NCBI GenBank assembly: GCA_944386395.1
Contig: CALXAZ010000145.1
Coordinates: forward strand, 1-45,722
Length of the DNA stretch: 45,722 bases
Reading direction: 5' to 3'
From: an uncultured Clostridia bacterium
GTDB taxonomy: Bacteria; Bacillota; Clostridia; Oscillospirales; JAAYOS01
Shown: in pieces, positions 36,754 to 45,722 of the stretch
Position numbering within the stretch: the first letter of the stretch is position 1
Layout: each line of letters begins with the position of its first letter
Notes under the pieces: generated by a model
What the model saw: the letters and a program-made list of their open reading frames with translations, nothing else
Database searches by the model: none
What the model was told of the DNA's origin: nothing
Position numbers and translations under genes: made by a program

Positions 36754-38838
36754 CTAATTAACTAAGGTATTTTCTGGTAAAATCTGCTCGTACGAACCGT
36801 CTATTCTGAAATATGTGTCAAAAATGTCGCGCGCTATAACCCCTATGCGCGAACCCTTCCCCGCATGCTCCACTACTATTGCCACAGCTATCTCGGGATC
36901 GTCATACGGCGCAAAGGCTACAAATATTCCGTTTGCAGAGCCATTTCCCGTCTGCGCCGTACCCGTCTTGCTGCCTACATCTATCGGGTAATCCCCAAAA
37001 ATCGACGCCGCCGATCCCTCCTTTGACACAGCAAGCATACCTTCCTTTATCAGCTCAACCGTCTCTTCCGAAAGCTCTGTCCGTCCAAGCTCCTCCGGCT
37101 CTGCCTCAAACACTGTCGAGCTGTAATCATAACTCTTCACAGCCTTCAGTATGTGAAGCTTGTTGCACACTCCTCCGTTTACAAGCGTAGCTACATAATT
37201 TGCCATCTGCAGCGGGGTAAACAGGTTGTCCGACTGTCCTATCGCCGCCGCTATCGTATCTCCCGGGTACCAGGTTCCCCCTTTTTTCTCCCTGCTCTCC
37301 GGTCCCGCAAGCGTACCCGTCTTTTCGCCCTCCAGCTCTATCCCCGTGCTCTCACCAAGCCCGAACGCCTTCGCATATTCTACTATCTTGTCTATCCCCG
37401 TTAGCCTACCCACTTCATAGAAAAAATAGTTACAGCTCACCTTGAGCGCCTGCACAAGATTTATTGTGCCATGGGTTCTCCCGGACGTAAGATAAATCTC
37501 ACACTTTGGCGTGTATGTCGGGGCATAGTACATGTATATGCCCTTGTCCTGTATCCGTGTCTCACCGGTTATTGTTCCGCTTTCAAGCGCTGCCGCCGCT
37601 GTTACCATCTTGAAGGTCGAGCCGGGGGCATACAGCCCCTGAAGCGCGCGGTTATACAGCGGCGTGAGTTCATCCGCAAGCAGCTCGTTATAATCCCGGC
37701 TAACCGATGATAAATCGTAGCTTGGATACGAAGCCATCGCAAGCACAGCCCCGCTTTTCACATCAACAACCACTGCCGCACCGCCGGCGACATCCTCCGA
37801 CCCAAGACTGGACCCCTCTTCGCCCAGCTGCTTTATCTCCTCTATCCTTCCCGCAAGCGCGCTTTCAGCTGCCGCCTGTAAATTTATGTCTATTGTAAGC
37901 ATTACATTATTCCCTGGCTCAGGCTCCTCAGAATACATGACGTTTGTCACCTTGCCCGACGAGTCCATCTCCTCTATTCTTGTACCGTTTTTCCCACAGA
38001 GCCACTTTTCAAAGACCTTTTCCGCCCCGTCCTTGCCAACCACCGCATCCATCGAATAGCCAAGCTCTATATATTCCTCAAGCTCACTTCCGTCCATAAG
38101 CCCTACCCGCCCGAGGATATGCGCAGCATATTTCGTCTCATAGTTCCTGGCAGTGTCAGTCTTTATAGTAACCCCCGGAAGCTCACGCTCCTTGACAGCC
38201 CCTATCAGCTCAACATCCACATCCTCGCAGAATATATATTCTTCTATATTCAGCCCCACCTTGCTCCCACGCAAGTCTAGCTCATACCTCACCGAGCATA
38301 TCTCCAGCGCCTCTGCCACGCTGTATCTCTCCAAATCTATCCCATATAGCCCGCACATCTCTTCAAACAGCTTGTCTGCCCCGATACCTGTATAGCCATA
38401 CGTCTCCGCATATTTCACAAACCTGTTGTATGATGTGCTGCCCTCCTCGCCGGTATATGCAAAGCTCTCCCCATCGAGCTCTACCGGCAGACTTGACAAA
38501 AAGCCGTATCCCGCAGCTTTTGTAAGCTGTATCGTCTCATATATTACCTCATTGGCACCCTTCCCCTCCCCGGAAGAATACGACGGGAGAAGGGAACTGT
38601 CGAACATGACATTATATATGAGCCGGTTTGTCACCAACGGACGGCCATACCTGTCCTGTATCTCACCGCGTACCGACTCTACTTCTACAGTCCGCGTTAT
38701 CTTTTTTTCTGACTGCCTATAATAGCTATCGCCATTGACTATCTGGAGGTTATAGAGGCGCATAACAACAATGAGCGCCAGCACAACCGTCACCGCGCCC
38801 ATCACCCACAGCCTTATATTGAGTGACCTCTCCTCCAT
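36754..38838 (-). CDS. mrdA: penicillin-binding protein 2 (class B transpeptidase, elongation type)
   Basis: 694 aa with an N-terminal transmembrane helix, a PBP dimerisation domain, and the STFK, SCN and KTGTA motifs. It follows mreC-mreD. Confidence 0.85.
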   Translation of the reverse strand: MEERSLNIRLWVMGAVTVVLALIVVMRLYNLQIVNGDSYYRQSEKKITRTVEVESVRGEIQDRYGRPLVTNRLIYNVMFDSSLLPSYSSGEGKGANEVIYETIQLTKAAGYGFLSSLPVELDGESFAYTGEEGSTSYNRFVKYAETYGYTGIGADKLFEEMCGLYGIDLERYSVAEALEICSVRYELDLRGSKVGLNIEEYIFCEDVDVELIGAVKERELPGVTIKTDTARNYETKYAAHILGRVGLMDGSELEEYIELGYSMDAVVGKDGAEKVFEKWLCGKNGTRIEEMDSSGKVTNVMYSEEPEPGNNVMLTIDINLQAAAESALAGRIEEIKQLGEEGSSLGSEDVAGGAAVVVDVKSGAVLAMASYPSYDLSSVSRDYNELLADELTPLYNRALQGLYAPGSTFKMVTAAAALESGTITGETRIQDKGIYMYYAPTYTPKCEIYLTSGRTHGTINLVQALKVSCNYFFYEVGRLTGIDKIVEYAKAFGLGESTGIELEGEKTGTLAGPESREKKGGTWYPGDTIAAAIGQSDNLFTPLQMANYVATLVNGGVCNKLHILKAVKSYDYSSTVFEAEPEELGRTELSEETVELIKEGMLAVSKEGSAASIFGDYPIDVGSKTGTAQTGNGSANGIFVAFAPYDDPEIAVAIVVEHAGKGSRIGVIARDIFDTYFRIDGSYEQILPENTLVN

Positions 38839-38847
38839 AATGTCTCC

Positions 38848-39372
38848 TTAACCCTCGTCCTCCTCAGTCCCCAGCCTGCGTGCCACTTCCCTAATGGGAA
38901 AATATGCAATAGGCGTGACTGCCGAGGAATAAATCATCTCAGGAATACCCGTTGACACAAGCGCCATCCCTCCGGCTTTTCCGGGGATAAAAAAATAAAA
39001 GAAAAAATAACCGAGTGTTACCACTACATTTATAATAAAGCTCCACAGCAGCACCGTGACCAGCCTTTTTCCAAACATATACTCACACACCGCCCCGCAT
39101 ATAAATCCGGATGCTGCATAAACAAAGGCAAAGTATCCCTCTCCTCCATTTATCGGCAGAGCGTGTACAAAACCGATAAACATCCCAAACACCGCTCCCG
39201 GCAGCGCCCCCTCAAACAGAGCTACCGACGAAACAACAGCAGCTGCAAACATGGGATGCACCCCAAAAATCTTAAAATGTACAAACAGATAGTCCTGTAA
39301 AAACAGAATCATCACAGCATTTATAACATAAAGTGACCATTTCAGCAGGTCTAAATATCTCCTGCCCTCCAT
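38848..39372 (-). CDS. mreD: rod shape-determining protein MreD
   Basis: 174-aa polytopic membrane ORF directly downstream of mreC. Confidence 0.75.
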   Translation of the reverse strand: MEGRRYLDLLKWSLYVINAVMILFLQDYLFVHFKIFGVHPMFAAAVVSSVALFEGALPGAVFGMFIGFVHALPINGGEGYFAFVYAASGFICGAVCEYMFGKRLVTVLLWSFIINVVVTLGYFFFYFFIPGKAGGMALVSTGIPEMIYSSAVTPIAYFPIREVARRLGTEEDEG

Positions 39373-39403
39373 ATCAAAGGCTCCTCCGGGTATATCTAAA
39401 AAT

Positions 39404-40246
39404 TTATTCCTCTATATCAAAGCTGCTTATAACAAACACCTGCGTCAGCCTGTCAAGCTCTGCCTCAGGCTGCACCACTGCATAGCTTCCCGCGCCGCCT
39501 TCCACTATCTCAACCTCAGTTACGCTCCCTATCACAAGCTCCTTGGGATACACTCCTCCAACCCCAGAAGTAAGTATCAGATCCCCGTTCATCAGCACTG
39601 TATCCTCCGGAAGATATGTCACTTTCAGCTTTCCTTTTCCCATCAGCGTGAAATCTCCCTCGGCCACTGCTGCCTCCCTTGTGCGGTAGATCAGCGCTCC
39701 AAGCTCTGTTGAAGAATCTATCACAGTCGTTACCACTGCCCAGTTCGTCCCGACCTCGCTTACTATCCCTACCAGGTTCCCCTCCTCGTCAACCACACAG
39801 TCGTGCGCATCTATCCCGTGTACAGAGCCCTTACCGATGGTAAAGGATGATTCCCAGTTTGAAGAGTCCCTCGAGACTATCTCTGCCATCACAAATGTAA
39901 AATCCCTTCGCCGCTCGCTCAGCTCGAGCAGCTCCCTCAGGCGCTCATTCTCCTCAAGAGCCTGCTGCGACCGCCTGACCTGCTCCTCCATCTCCGCGAT
40001 TTTCACCCGGAGCATACTATTTTCCGCTTTCAGCTCCTCAAAATCATTAATATACGAGCCTATTCCGCTAAAAAATCCGCCTATCCGCGAAACAACAGCG
40101 CGAAACGGCGAAGCTACGGTACCCAGAGCATTTGTCACAGGGGACGCCGTTCCCTCAAACACAACCGACAATACCGACATAGCTATTATAAGGGAAAGCA
40201 CGACTCCGAGCAGGACAAAAGCCCTGCTACCAAAAAATTTTTTCAT
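39404..40246 (-). CDS. mreC: rod shape-determining protein MreC
   Basis: MKKFFGSRAFVLLGVVL anchor, a coiled coil (ENSMLRVKIAEMEEQV), then beta-barrel domains. The ATG at 40246 has AGGGGGG upstream. Confidence 0.85.
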   Translation of the reverse strand: MKKFFGSRAFVLLGVVLSLIIAMSVLSVVFEGTASPVTNALGTVASPFRAVVSRIGGFFSGIGSYINDFEELKAENSMLRVKIAEMEEQVRRSQQALEENERLRELLELSERRRDFTFVMAEIVSRDSSNWESSFTIGKGSVHGIDAHDCVVDEEGNLVGIVSEVGTNWAVVTTVIDSSTELGALIYRTREAAVAEGDFTLMGKGKLKVTYLPEDTVLMNGDLILTSGVGGVYPKELVIGSVTEVEIVEGGAGSYAVVQPEAELDRLTQVFVISSFDIEE

Positions 40247-40296
40247 CTCTGCCCCCCTTAAGCCCACCGGGTCTCATCCTCCCCGGCACAAAATAA

Positions 40297-40872
40297 TCAC
40301 AAAAGCTCTATTCCCACTCCCCGCAGCATGCTACGCAGCCGGCGCAGCGGCAACCCTACGACATTGAAGTAGTCCCCGTCTATCCTCCTGATAAGTAGCG
40401 CGCCCTTCTCCTGTATTCCATATGCCCCCGCCTTATCGAGCGGCTCCCCTGTGTCGATATATCTCTCTATCTCATCAGGTGTCAGCTGGCAAAACTCGAC
40501 ATCCGTCTCTTCAAACCCTGTAAGCTCCAGCTCCCCGCTCCTCACAGTCACACCGGTATACACCTTGTGCCTCCTGCCCGAGAGGGTAGCCAGCATCCTG
40601 TGCGCCTCAGCCCTGTCTTTTGGCTTCCCCAGAACCCTTCCATCCACCGATACAAGGGTATCAGCCGCCACTATCACTCTGTCAGGATATACCCCGGCGG
40701 CGGCGCCCGCCTTTATCTTTGAAATGCGGCAGACCTGCTCCGATGGGCTCAGCCCCTCCTCTACACTCTCATCCGCGTCTGAAACAAATATCTCAAAATC
40801 CGCCCCCACCGCCTCAAGCAGGCTTTTCCTCCTCGGCGAGGCAGACGCAAGTATAAACTTCGCTGTTGCCAT
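40297..40872 (-). CDS. maf: Maf-like nucleoside triphosphate pyrophosphatase
   Basis: Contains FILASASPRRKSLL and KAGAYGIQ motifs. The start is at the internal ATG 40872. Confidence 0.9.
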   Translation of the reverse strand: MATAKFILASASPRRKSLLEAVGADFEIFVSDADESVEEGLSPSEQVCRISKIKAGAAAGVYPDRVIVAADTLVSVDGRVLGKPKDRAEAHRMLATLSGRRHKVYTGVTVRSGELELTGFEETDVEFCQLTPDEIERYIDTGEPLDKAGAYGIQEKGALLIRRIDGDYFNVVGLPLRRLRSMLRGVGIELL

Positions 40873-40914
40873 AATTATTGCCACCCTTTCGCATTTTTAC
40901 GCCTGAAACGCAGA

Positions 40915-41361
40915 CTATGCTCTACCTGTCGAGCCAAATCCGCTGGTCCCGCGCTCGGTGTCCGAAAGCTCCCCTGACACAAGCGCCACATGAAGCACCG
41001 GCATTATTACAAGCTGGGCTATTCTGTCCCCAGGAAGCACTGTAAAGCTCTCGTCTGATCTGTTTATCAACCCAGAGTGAAGCTGCCCCCTGTAGTCGGA
41101 ATCTATCACGCCAACCCCGTTTGCCATCGTTATCCCATGCTTTACGCCAAGCCCACTTCGTCCAAACATAAAACCAGCGTAGCCCTCCGGTATCTCAAGC
41201 GCAATTCCAGCCGGGATAAGCCTTGTCTGCCCTGGCTCTATGGTGACCGGCTCATCTATACATGCCCTCAAATCCATTCCTGCAGCTCCCGCGCTCTCGT
41301 ACTCAGGCACTCCCGGGCAATATCCTCCTGGGCTTGGGATAAGCTTAAATTTTATCTCCAT
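40915..41361 (-). CDS. dut: dUTP diphosphatase
   Basis: Contains AGMDLRA, GVIDSDYRG and RGTSGFGSTG motifs. The ATG at 41361 begins 1 nt after the upstream TAA stop. Confidence 0.9.
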   Translation of the reverse strand: MEIKFKLIPSPGGYCPGVPEYESAGAAGMDLRACIDEPVTIEPGQTRLIPAGIALEIPEGYAGFMFGRSGLGVKHGITMANGVGVIDSDYRGQLHSGLINRSDESFTVLPGDRIAQLVIMPVLHVALVSGELSDTERGTSGFGSTGRA

Positions 41362-41362
41362 G

Positions 41363-43465
41363 TTATTCAACTCCCCTATAATAAAGTCCTCTCGTATACC
41401 CGTTTGGCTCATAGCTTCCACGTCCAAGATACCTCTCTGCCACTTGCACAGCCTCTTTCGGATTTTCTGTCGTCAGCATCAGCCTCACTGCCCACAGACC
41501 CAGGTGGGAATAGTCCTCTATCTTATCCGCAAGAAACAGCTTTTGAGAATTATATATCACATTCCTGTGGTCAAATTCCCTCATTACTGGGAATGTCATC
41601 GATTTTCTGTCAACTATACCAATATTGTTTTCACACACACATCTTCCATATCTGTTCTTTATTATACAGTTCTCGGTCACCATCAGAGGCAGTCTGCCAT
41701 ATACTATCAGCTCGCAATCAAAATTTTTTGAGATGTCCCGTATCTGAGCAAATGTAAGCTCAAACGAGAGCGTTGCCGATTTTAGCCCAAGAGCCTTTGC
41801 CTCTTTGACCGCCTGCGAATTATATATGTTCAGCCCATAGTCACCGCGCGGCTCTAGCTTCTTTGCCTTTGCAAACTCTATATGCCCAAGGTTCCCGCAC
41901 ACAGCCTCCCGTATCCCCGCTTCGTAGGCTATGTCGAGCATCTCTGCCACCTTGATGGCCTCGTTATCTCCTATCACCCTAGGCATCACCGCCGCCACCG
42001 ACGTCTTTCCGCTCTCCGCTATCTGGCGGGCGCGTGCCTTGTCAGCCGCTATCTCGGTAAGCGGCAGATAGATATGCCCCGGGCGCAGGTTTAGAAGCTC
42101 ATTTGATATCTGCTTTATCTTTGCCGCATGGACTATCAGCCCTGGAGCCTCCTTACGGTTTATAGCAGTATAACCCGGATGATACTCTCCCTCTCGTCGT
42201 TGAAGCTTCTCCCCACGCAGCTCCGTAAGCTGGGCAAGAGCCTCTCGCCGCATTGCATTTATTGCCGACAGAGGTATCATAAGCCCACTTTCAATCTTGC
42301 AAACAGCTCCGTCACACCGGTAAAATGTACCTCCGGTCTTGTAAAGCTGCGTCTCCACCTCCGCTGAAACGGTGGGTCTGGTCTTTGCCTGCTGCGGCAC
42401 AGACCCAAGCACACGCGCCCTGTTGCCATCCTCATCCTCTGCCACAAGTTCTGCAGCAAAGTTTTTCCTTATCACGCATGCAAATCTCACCCCGACCCGC
42501 TGCATCTCGCTATTTTCAGCATAGCTGCCACGCACCGAAGCAAAGAGCTTTTCTGCATTCCTGTCAGGCTTATCCTCGCGTATCCCAAACATCTCTGCCG
42601 ACGGCTCTCCGCGATAATACCCGTCGGTAAACCCCTGCCGTGAAAAAGCCAGCTCCAGCAGCTTCATCTCCTCCGCTGTCGGCTCCCTTCTCTCCTTCGC
42701 CGCTGCCGAAAATATCCTTGTCACTATCGCTGCATACTCTGGGCGCTTCATCCGCCCCTCTATCTTGAGGCTGGCAACCCCCATTTCCTCTAGCTCCACT
42801 ATGTGCCCCGCAAGTGTGAGATCCTTTAGGCTAAGCGGGTATTCGCTGCCTGACTTCTGCCCAAATCCATAGCTCAGCCTACATGGCTGGGCACAGAGAC
42901 CCCTGTTCCCGCTCCTGCCACCTATGACCGACGACATATAGCACTGCCCAGAATAACACATACAGAGCGCCCCGTGGACAAACACCTCTATCTCTATGGG
43001 CGAGCGCTCACATATAAACTCGAGCTGCCTCCGGCTAAGCTCGCGCGCGAGCACCACCCGGCTCATCCCCAGCGACGCCGCAAGCTTTACCCCTTCGAGG
43101 TTGTGTATCGACATCTGCGTTGAAGCGTGTACCGGCAGGTCGGGTGCAACCTGCTTTATCATCCTCAGCGCGCCCAGATCCTGGACAAGCACAGCGTCTG
43201 CGCCCGCCTCCGATATCCTGCTGACAAACCCCTCCCCAGCCGCAAGCTCCTTGTCGCTCATCAGCGTGTTGAAGGTGACGTACACCTTCGCCCCACGCAA
43301 ATGACAATAGCGCACCGCCTCGTCAAATTCCTCAAGGGTGAGGTTTTTGGCGTTGCGCCGCGCGTTAAAGTTTTCAAGACCGAGGTAAACCGCATCCGCC
43401 CCGTTCTGGATGGCTGCCCGCACCCCCTCAAATGAGCCTGCGGGCGCCAATATCTCGATAGCCAT
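41363..43465 (-). CDS. U32 family peptidase-like protein (long form)
   Basis: 700 aa starting MAIEILAPAGSFEGVRAAIQNGADAVYLG, followed by the U32 signature region (E..VHGALC.CYSGQC..S). It has an extended C-terminal half. Confidence 0.85.
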   Translation of the reverse strand: MAIEILAPAGSFEGVRAAIQNGADAVYLGLENFNARRNAKNLTLEEFDEAVRYCHLRGAKVYVTFNTLMSDKELAAGEGFVSRISEAGADAVLVQDLGALRMIKQVAPDLPVHASTQMSIHNLEGVKLAASLGMSRVVLARELSRRQLEFICERSPIEIEVFVHGALCMCYSGQCYMSSVIGGRSGNRGLCAQPCRLSYGFGQKSGSEYPLSLKDLTLAGHIVELEEMGVASLKIEGRMKRPEYAAIVTRIFSAAAKERREPTAEEMKLLELAFSRQGFTDGYYRGEPSAEMFGIREDKPDRNAEKLFASVRGSYAENSEMQRVGVRFACVIRKNFAAELVAEDEDGNRARVLGSVPQQAKTRPTVSAEVETQLYKTGGTFYRCDGAVCKIESGLMIPLSAINAMRREALAQLTELRGEKLQRREGEYHPGYTAINRKEAPGLIVHAAKIKQISNELLNLRPGHIYLPLTEIAADKARARQIAESGKTSVAAVMPRVIGDNEAIKVAEMLDIAYEAGIREAVCGNLGHIEFAKAKKLEPRGDYGLNIYNSQAVKEAKALGLKSATLSFELTFAQIRDISKNFDCELIVYGRLPLMVTENCIIKNRYGRCVCENNIGIVDRKSMTFPVMREFDHRNVIYNSQKLFLADKIEDYSHLGLWAVRLMLTTENPKEAVQVAERYLGRGSYEPNGYTRGLYYRGVE

Positions 43466-43486
43466 CTGTCTGTTATCTCCTGAAAG

Positions 43487-43819
43487 TTATTCGCCGGGAG
43501 TATCCTGCTTGTCCTGCTTTGCCCGCGAAAGCTCGCGCTTTAGCCCGGCAAGCTCGTCCTTGAGCTTTGAATTCTCCTCAAAAATCTCCTTTATCTGCTC
43601 GCGCAGATTGTCTGCCATCCGCTCAGCATTAAATTTTTCGTCCGCTATGTTCAGCGCTGCCAGCACTGCTGCATTCACGATGGATCGCCCGCTCGACTCG
43701 CGCACTTCATCGATCTTCTTTTCTACATAAGCTGCCGTTTTTTTGATATATTCCTCGCTGTCCTCCGCAATAAGCACATATTCCATATCGCAGATAGTAA
43801 CTTCAACACGGGTCTTCAT
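43487..43819 (-). CDS. zapA: cell division protein ZapA
   Basis: 110 aa. The N-terminal ZapA fold (VEVTICDMEYVLIAEDSEEYIKKTAAYVEKKIDEV) is followed by a coiled-coil tail. Confidence 0.8.
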   Translation of the reverse strand: MKTRVEVTICDMEYVLIAEDSEEYIKKTAAYVEKKIDEVRESSGRSIVNAAVLAALNIADEKFNAERMADNLREQIKEIFEENSKLKDELAGLKRELSRAKQDKQDTPGE

Positions 43820-44139
43820 ACTGCACCTCCATCGATGCGGGTCCCTGTCCCGCCTTTATTGACGCGAAAACCGTGCATCGCCTCCATATGCTGCCAGACG
43901 GTGCTTAATAGCTGCCACGTACCATTTTAATTATAGCATAATCCTCTGTGCTTTTCATCAAAATAAGTTATTTTTTTCTAAAATAACTCCTTTTTTGAGC
44001 TTTTCCCCTTTTTATCATTTACCTTGCGCCGGTTTTGGATTATAATTGATATATCCGGTATGTCTGCATAGCTCTATACGTGCTATGCATGTTGCGCTAC
44101 AAGCAGCTACCGGTCATCGCATACATATGGAGGAAAGCA

Positions 44140-45042
44140 ATGTCTAATCAGCCACGCGACATTAATATCAGCGCTGAAGCCTCTAAAAAACTGCTCCAGA
44201 GCGGCAACGGAAGGGCAGCGCTGCTTTACATATTCATACTTACCTGCGGTAGGGACGACGTCACTCACGCATCAAAATCCCTCGGCTGGACCGTCGAGGA
44301 GACTGCGGCGGCACACGCTGTGCTAGTATCTCTTGGGCTTGCCGCTCCCTCGCCCATTCCTCCCGAAAATGATACCCTCCCCGAATACTCATCCGAGGAT
44401 ATCCTGCTCTCTGCCTCCGGAGATCCTGCATTTTCCAGCCTTATCGAGTATACCCGCATAAGGCTAAACAAGCTCCTCACTCAAAGCGACCTCTCCCGCC
44501 TGCTGGGGATATATGACCATCTGGGTCTACCGGCAAGCGTGATAATGCTTCTCGAAAGCTACTGTGTCGAGCGCGCTCATAGGCGTGAAGGAGAAGGTGC
44601 CCGCGTTGGGATGTGGCAGATAGAGCGCGAGGCGTACTACTGGAAGCGCAGCGGCATCACTACAGAGAGCGCTGCCGAGGATTATATCCGCCGAAGGGCT
44701 GCAATAGACGGGCGGCTTATGGAAATTTTCCGCCTTTTACAGATAAAAAACCGTGCACCCTCCAAAACTGAAGAGGGATATCTTCTCCGCTGGGCAGGCT
44801 ACGGCATGACCGACGAGGTTATCTACGCGGCATATGACCGCACGGTTATAAATACCGGCTCGTTGAAGTGGAGCTATATGGATTCTATCCTACGCCGCTG
44901 GCACGAAAAAGGCATAATGAGCGTAGAGGACATCGAAAAGCTAGACTCACCGGCGCAGAAAGGGTCTCCCCAGCAGCCTCATCCCTCTTCTAACGCTGCC
45001 GAAAGGCTCCGCAGGCGCCGCTCGGAAGCTTCTAATAACTGA
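44140..45042 (+). CDS. DnaD-domain replication initiation / membrane attachment protein
   Basis: The ATG at 44140 lies 5 nt after GGAGGA. It contains two DnaD-like repeats (YWKRSGITT and RWHEKGIMSVEDI). A DnaC/DnaI-type loader follows. Confidence 0.7.
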   Translation: MSNQPRDINISAEASKKLLQSGNGRAALLYIFILTCGRDDVTHASKSLGWTVEETAAAHAVLVSLGLAAPSPIPPENDTLPEYSSEDILLSASGDPAFSSLIEYTRIRLNKLLTQSDLSRLLGIYDHLGLPASVIMLLESYCVERAHRREGEGARVGMWQIEREAYYWKRSGITTESAAEDYIRRRAAIDGRLMEIFRLLQIKNRAPSKTEEGYLLRWAGYGMTDEVIYAAYDRTVINTGSLKWSYMDSILRRWHEKGIMSVEDIEKLDSPAQKGSPQQPHPSSNAAERLRRRRSEASNN

Positions 45043-45059
45043 AAAGGAGTTGTTACGGC

Positions 45060-45722
45060 ATGCCCTTTGACGACAAGATACTATCGCGCGTACTCGACAA
45101 GCTTGCGCGCAAACGCCTCAGGCGCGAAACCGAGCTTTCCGAGCGCCGTGCCAAGGTCTACTCCGCATACCCAAGAATAGCCGAGATAGACGCTGAGCTA
45201 AAAACCTCGGCAATAAATCTCATCAAAGACTCTGTGCGGGAGCGCCGGAGCGGGACGGAGGCCCTTAAGGCACTGAATAAACACAACGAAGCTCTCCGCC
45301 GTGAGCGCGCAGAGCTGCTTAATAACGCGGGGTATCCCGATGATTATCTCACCCTAAAGCGCGATTGCCCCATCTGTGGGGACAGCGGCTTTGTCCCCTC
45401 CGGCGTGTGCAGCTGCCTTGTCAGGGCATACGCGGACGAGCAGCGCGCAGAGCTGAGCCGCCTGCTCCCCATCAGGGACCAGACCTTCGACAGCTTTTCG
45501 CTCGAATATTACTCCACCGAGATCGACAAAAACTGGGGTATGTCCCCCAGGGATAATATGTCCGCCGTATTCGATACCTGCCGTGAATTTGCTGCCTATT
45601 TCGGACCTGACGTGCAAAACCTGCTGCTTTGCGGAGGTACGGGGCTTGGCAAGACTTTCCTCTCATCTGCCATCGCCGGCGAGCTGACCACCCGCGGCTT
45701 TTCGGTGATATACGACACTGCC
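45060..45722 (+). CDS. DnaC/DnaI-type helicase loader ATPase, 5' part (runs off window)
   Basis: Not in the ORF track because no stop is reached. I translated by hand from the ATG at 45060 (AAAGGAG upstream) and got 221 codons. They include a CPICGDSG...CSC zinc-binding region and the Walker A motif GGTGLGKTFL. Confidence 0.8.
   Translation, partial: MPFDDKILSRVLDKLARKRLRRETELSERRAKVYSAYPRIAEIDAELKTSAINLIKDSVRERRSGTEALKALNKHNEALRRERAELLNNAGYPDDYLTLKRDCPICGDSGFVPSGVCSCLVRAYADEQRAELSRLLPIRDQTFDSFSLEYYSTEIDKNWGMSPRDNMSAVFDTCREFAAYFGPDVQNLLLCGGTGLGKTFLSSAIAGELTTRGFSVIYDTA

Noticed and set aside
1-45722. I looked for CRISPR arrays, tRNA or rRNA genes, IS elements, integrases, prophage or defence islands, and long dispersed repeats.
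   Set aside because: None were seen. The only repeats are the 18-nt coding repeats and the domain duplication in the biotin carrier. Every large ORF has a housekeeping-type assignment or is a lone hypothetical.

Overview
This looks like an ordinary core-chromosome window from a moderately GC-rich, spore-forming Clostridia-type Firmicute. Supporting markers are SpoIID, an rnfCDGEAB operon, a T-box leader, an SLH surface protein and Gram-positive Shine-Dalgarno (SD) sites. I can support about 47 protein genes, all packed tightly.

Gene content in order:
- 3' end of an isocitrate-dehydrogenase-family gene, then aconitase.
- A convergent four-gene Na+-pumping oxaloacetate decarboxylase operon (carboxyltransferase, OadG-like anchor, biotin carrier, OadB).
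- rpmH-rnpA-yidD-yidC-jag.
- An M20 peptidase, lepA, a stand-alone pyruvate-kinase-C-terminal-like protein and hemW.
- A DUF3810-like HExxH membrane protein, a 2-hydroxyacid dehydrogenase, malic enzyme, a small bitopic hypothetical and an iron-sulfur flavoprotein-like flavodoxin.
- spoIID, prmA and rnfCDGEAB.
- A DUF4015-like protein and a WG-repeat/SLH surface protein.
- An asparaginase-family protein.
- A long minus-strand block: zapA, U32 peptidase, dut, maf, mreC, mreD, mrdA, a minD-like gene, mgsA, then a T-box leader followed by hisS-aspS.
- A DnaD-domain protein and the 5' part of a DnaC/DnaI-type loader.

I also list several Rho-independent terminators and sigma-A-like promoters that I read directly from the sequence.

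I recognised no rRNA, tRNA, CRISPR array, transposase, integrase, phage gene or defence-like gene. I did not find a convincing undescribed multi-gene system.

The most unusual items are:
- a biotin carrier with two tandem biotinyl domains and 18-nt tandem-repeat linkers;
- a reduced morphogenesis cluster (no mreB, minC, minE or rodA here) whose MinD homologue lacks the C-terminal membrane-targeting helix, and which has its own promoter overlapped by a perfect palindrome;
- a hisS-aspS T-box whose candidate specifier region holds overlapping GAC/CAC codons;
- an orphan terminator in the peptidase/lepA spacer.

All of these are modest, checkable observations.
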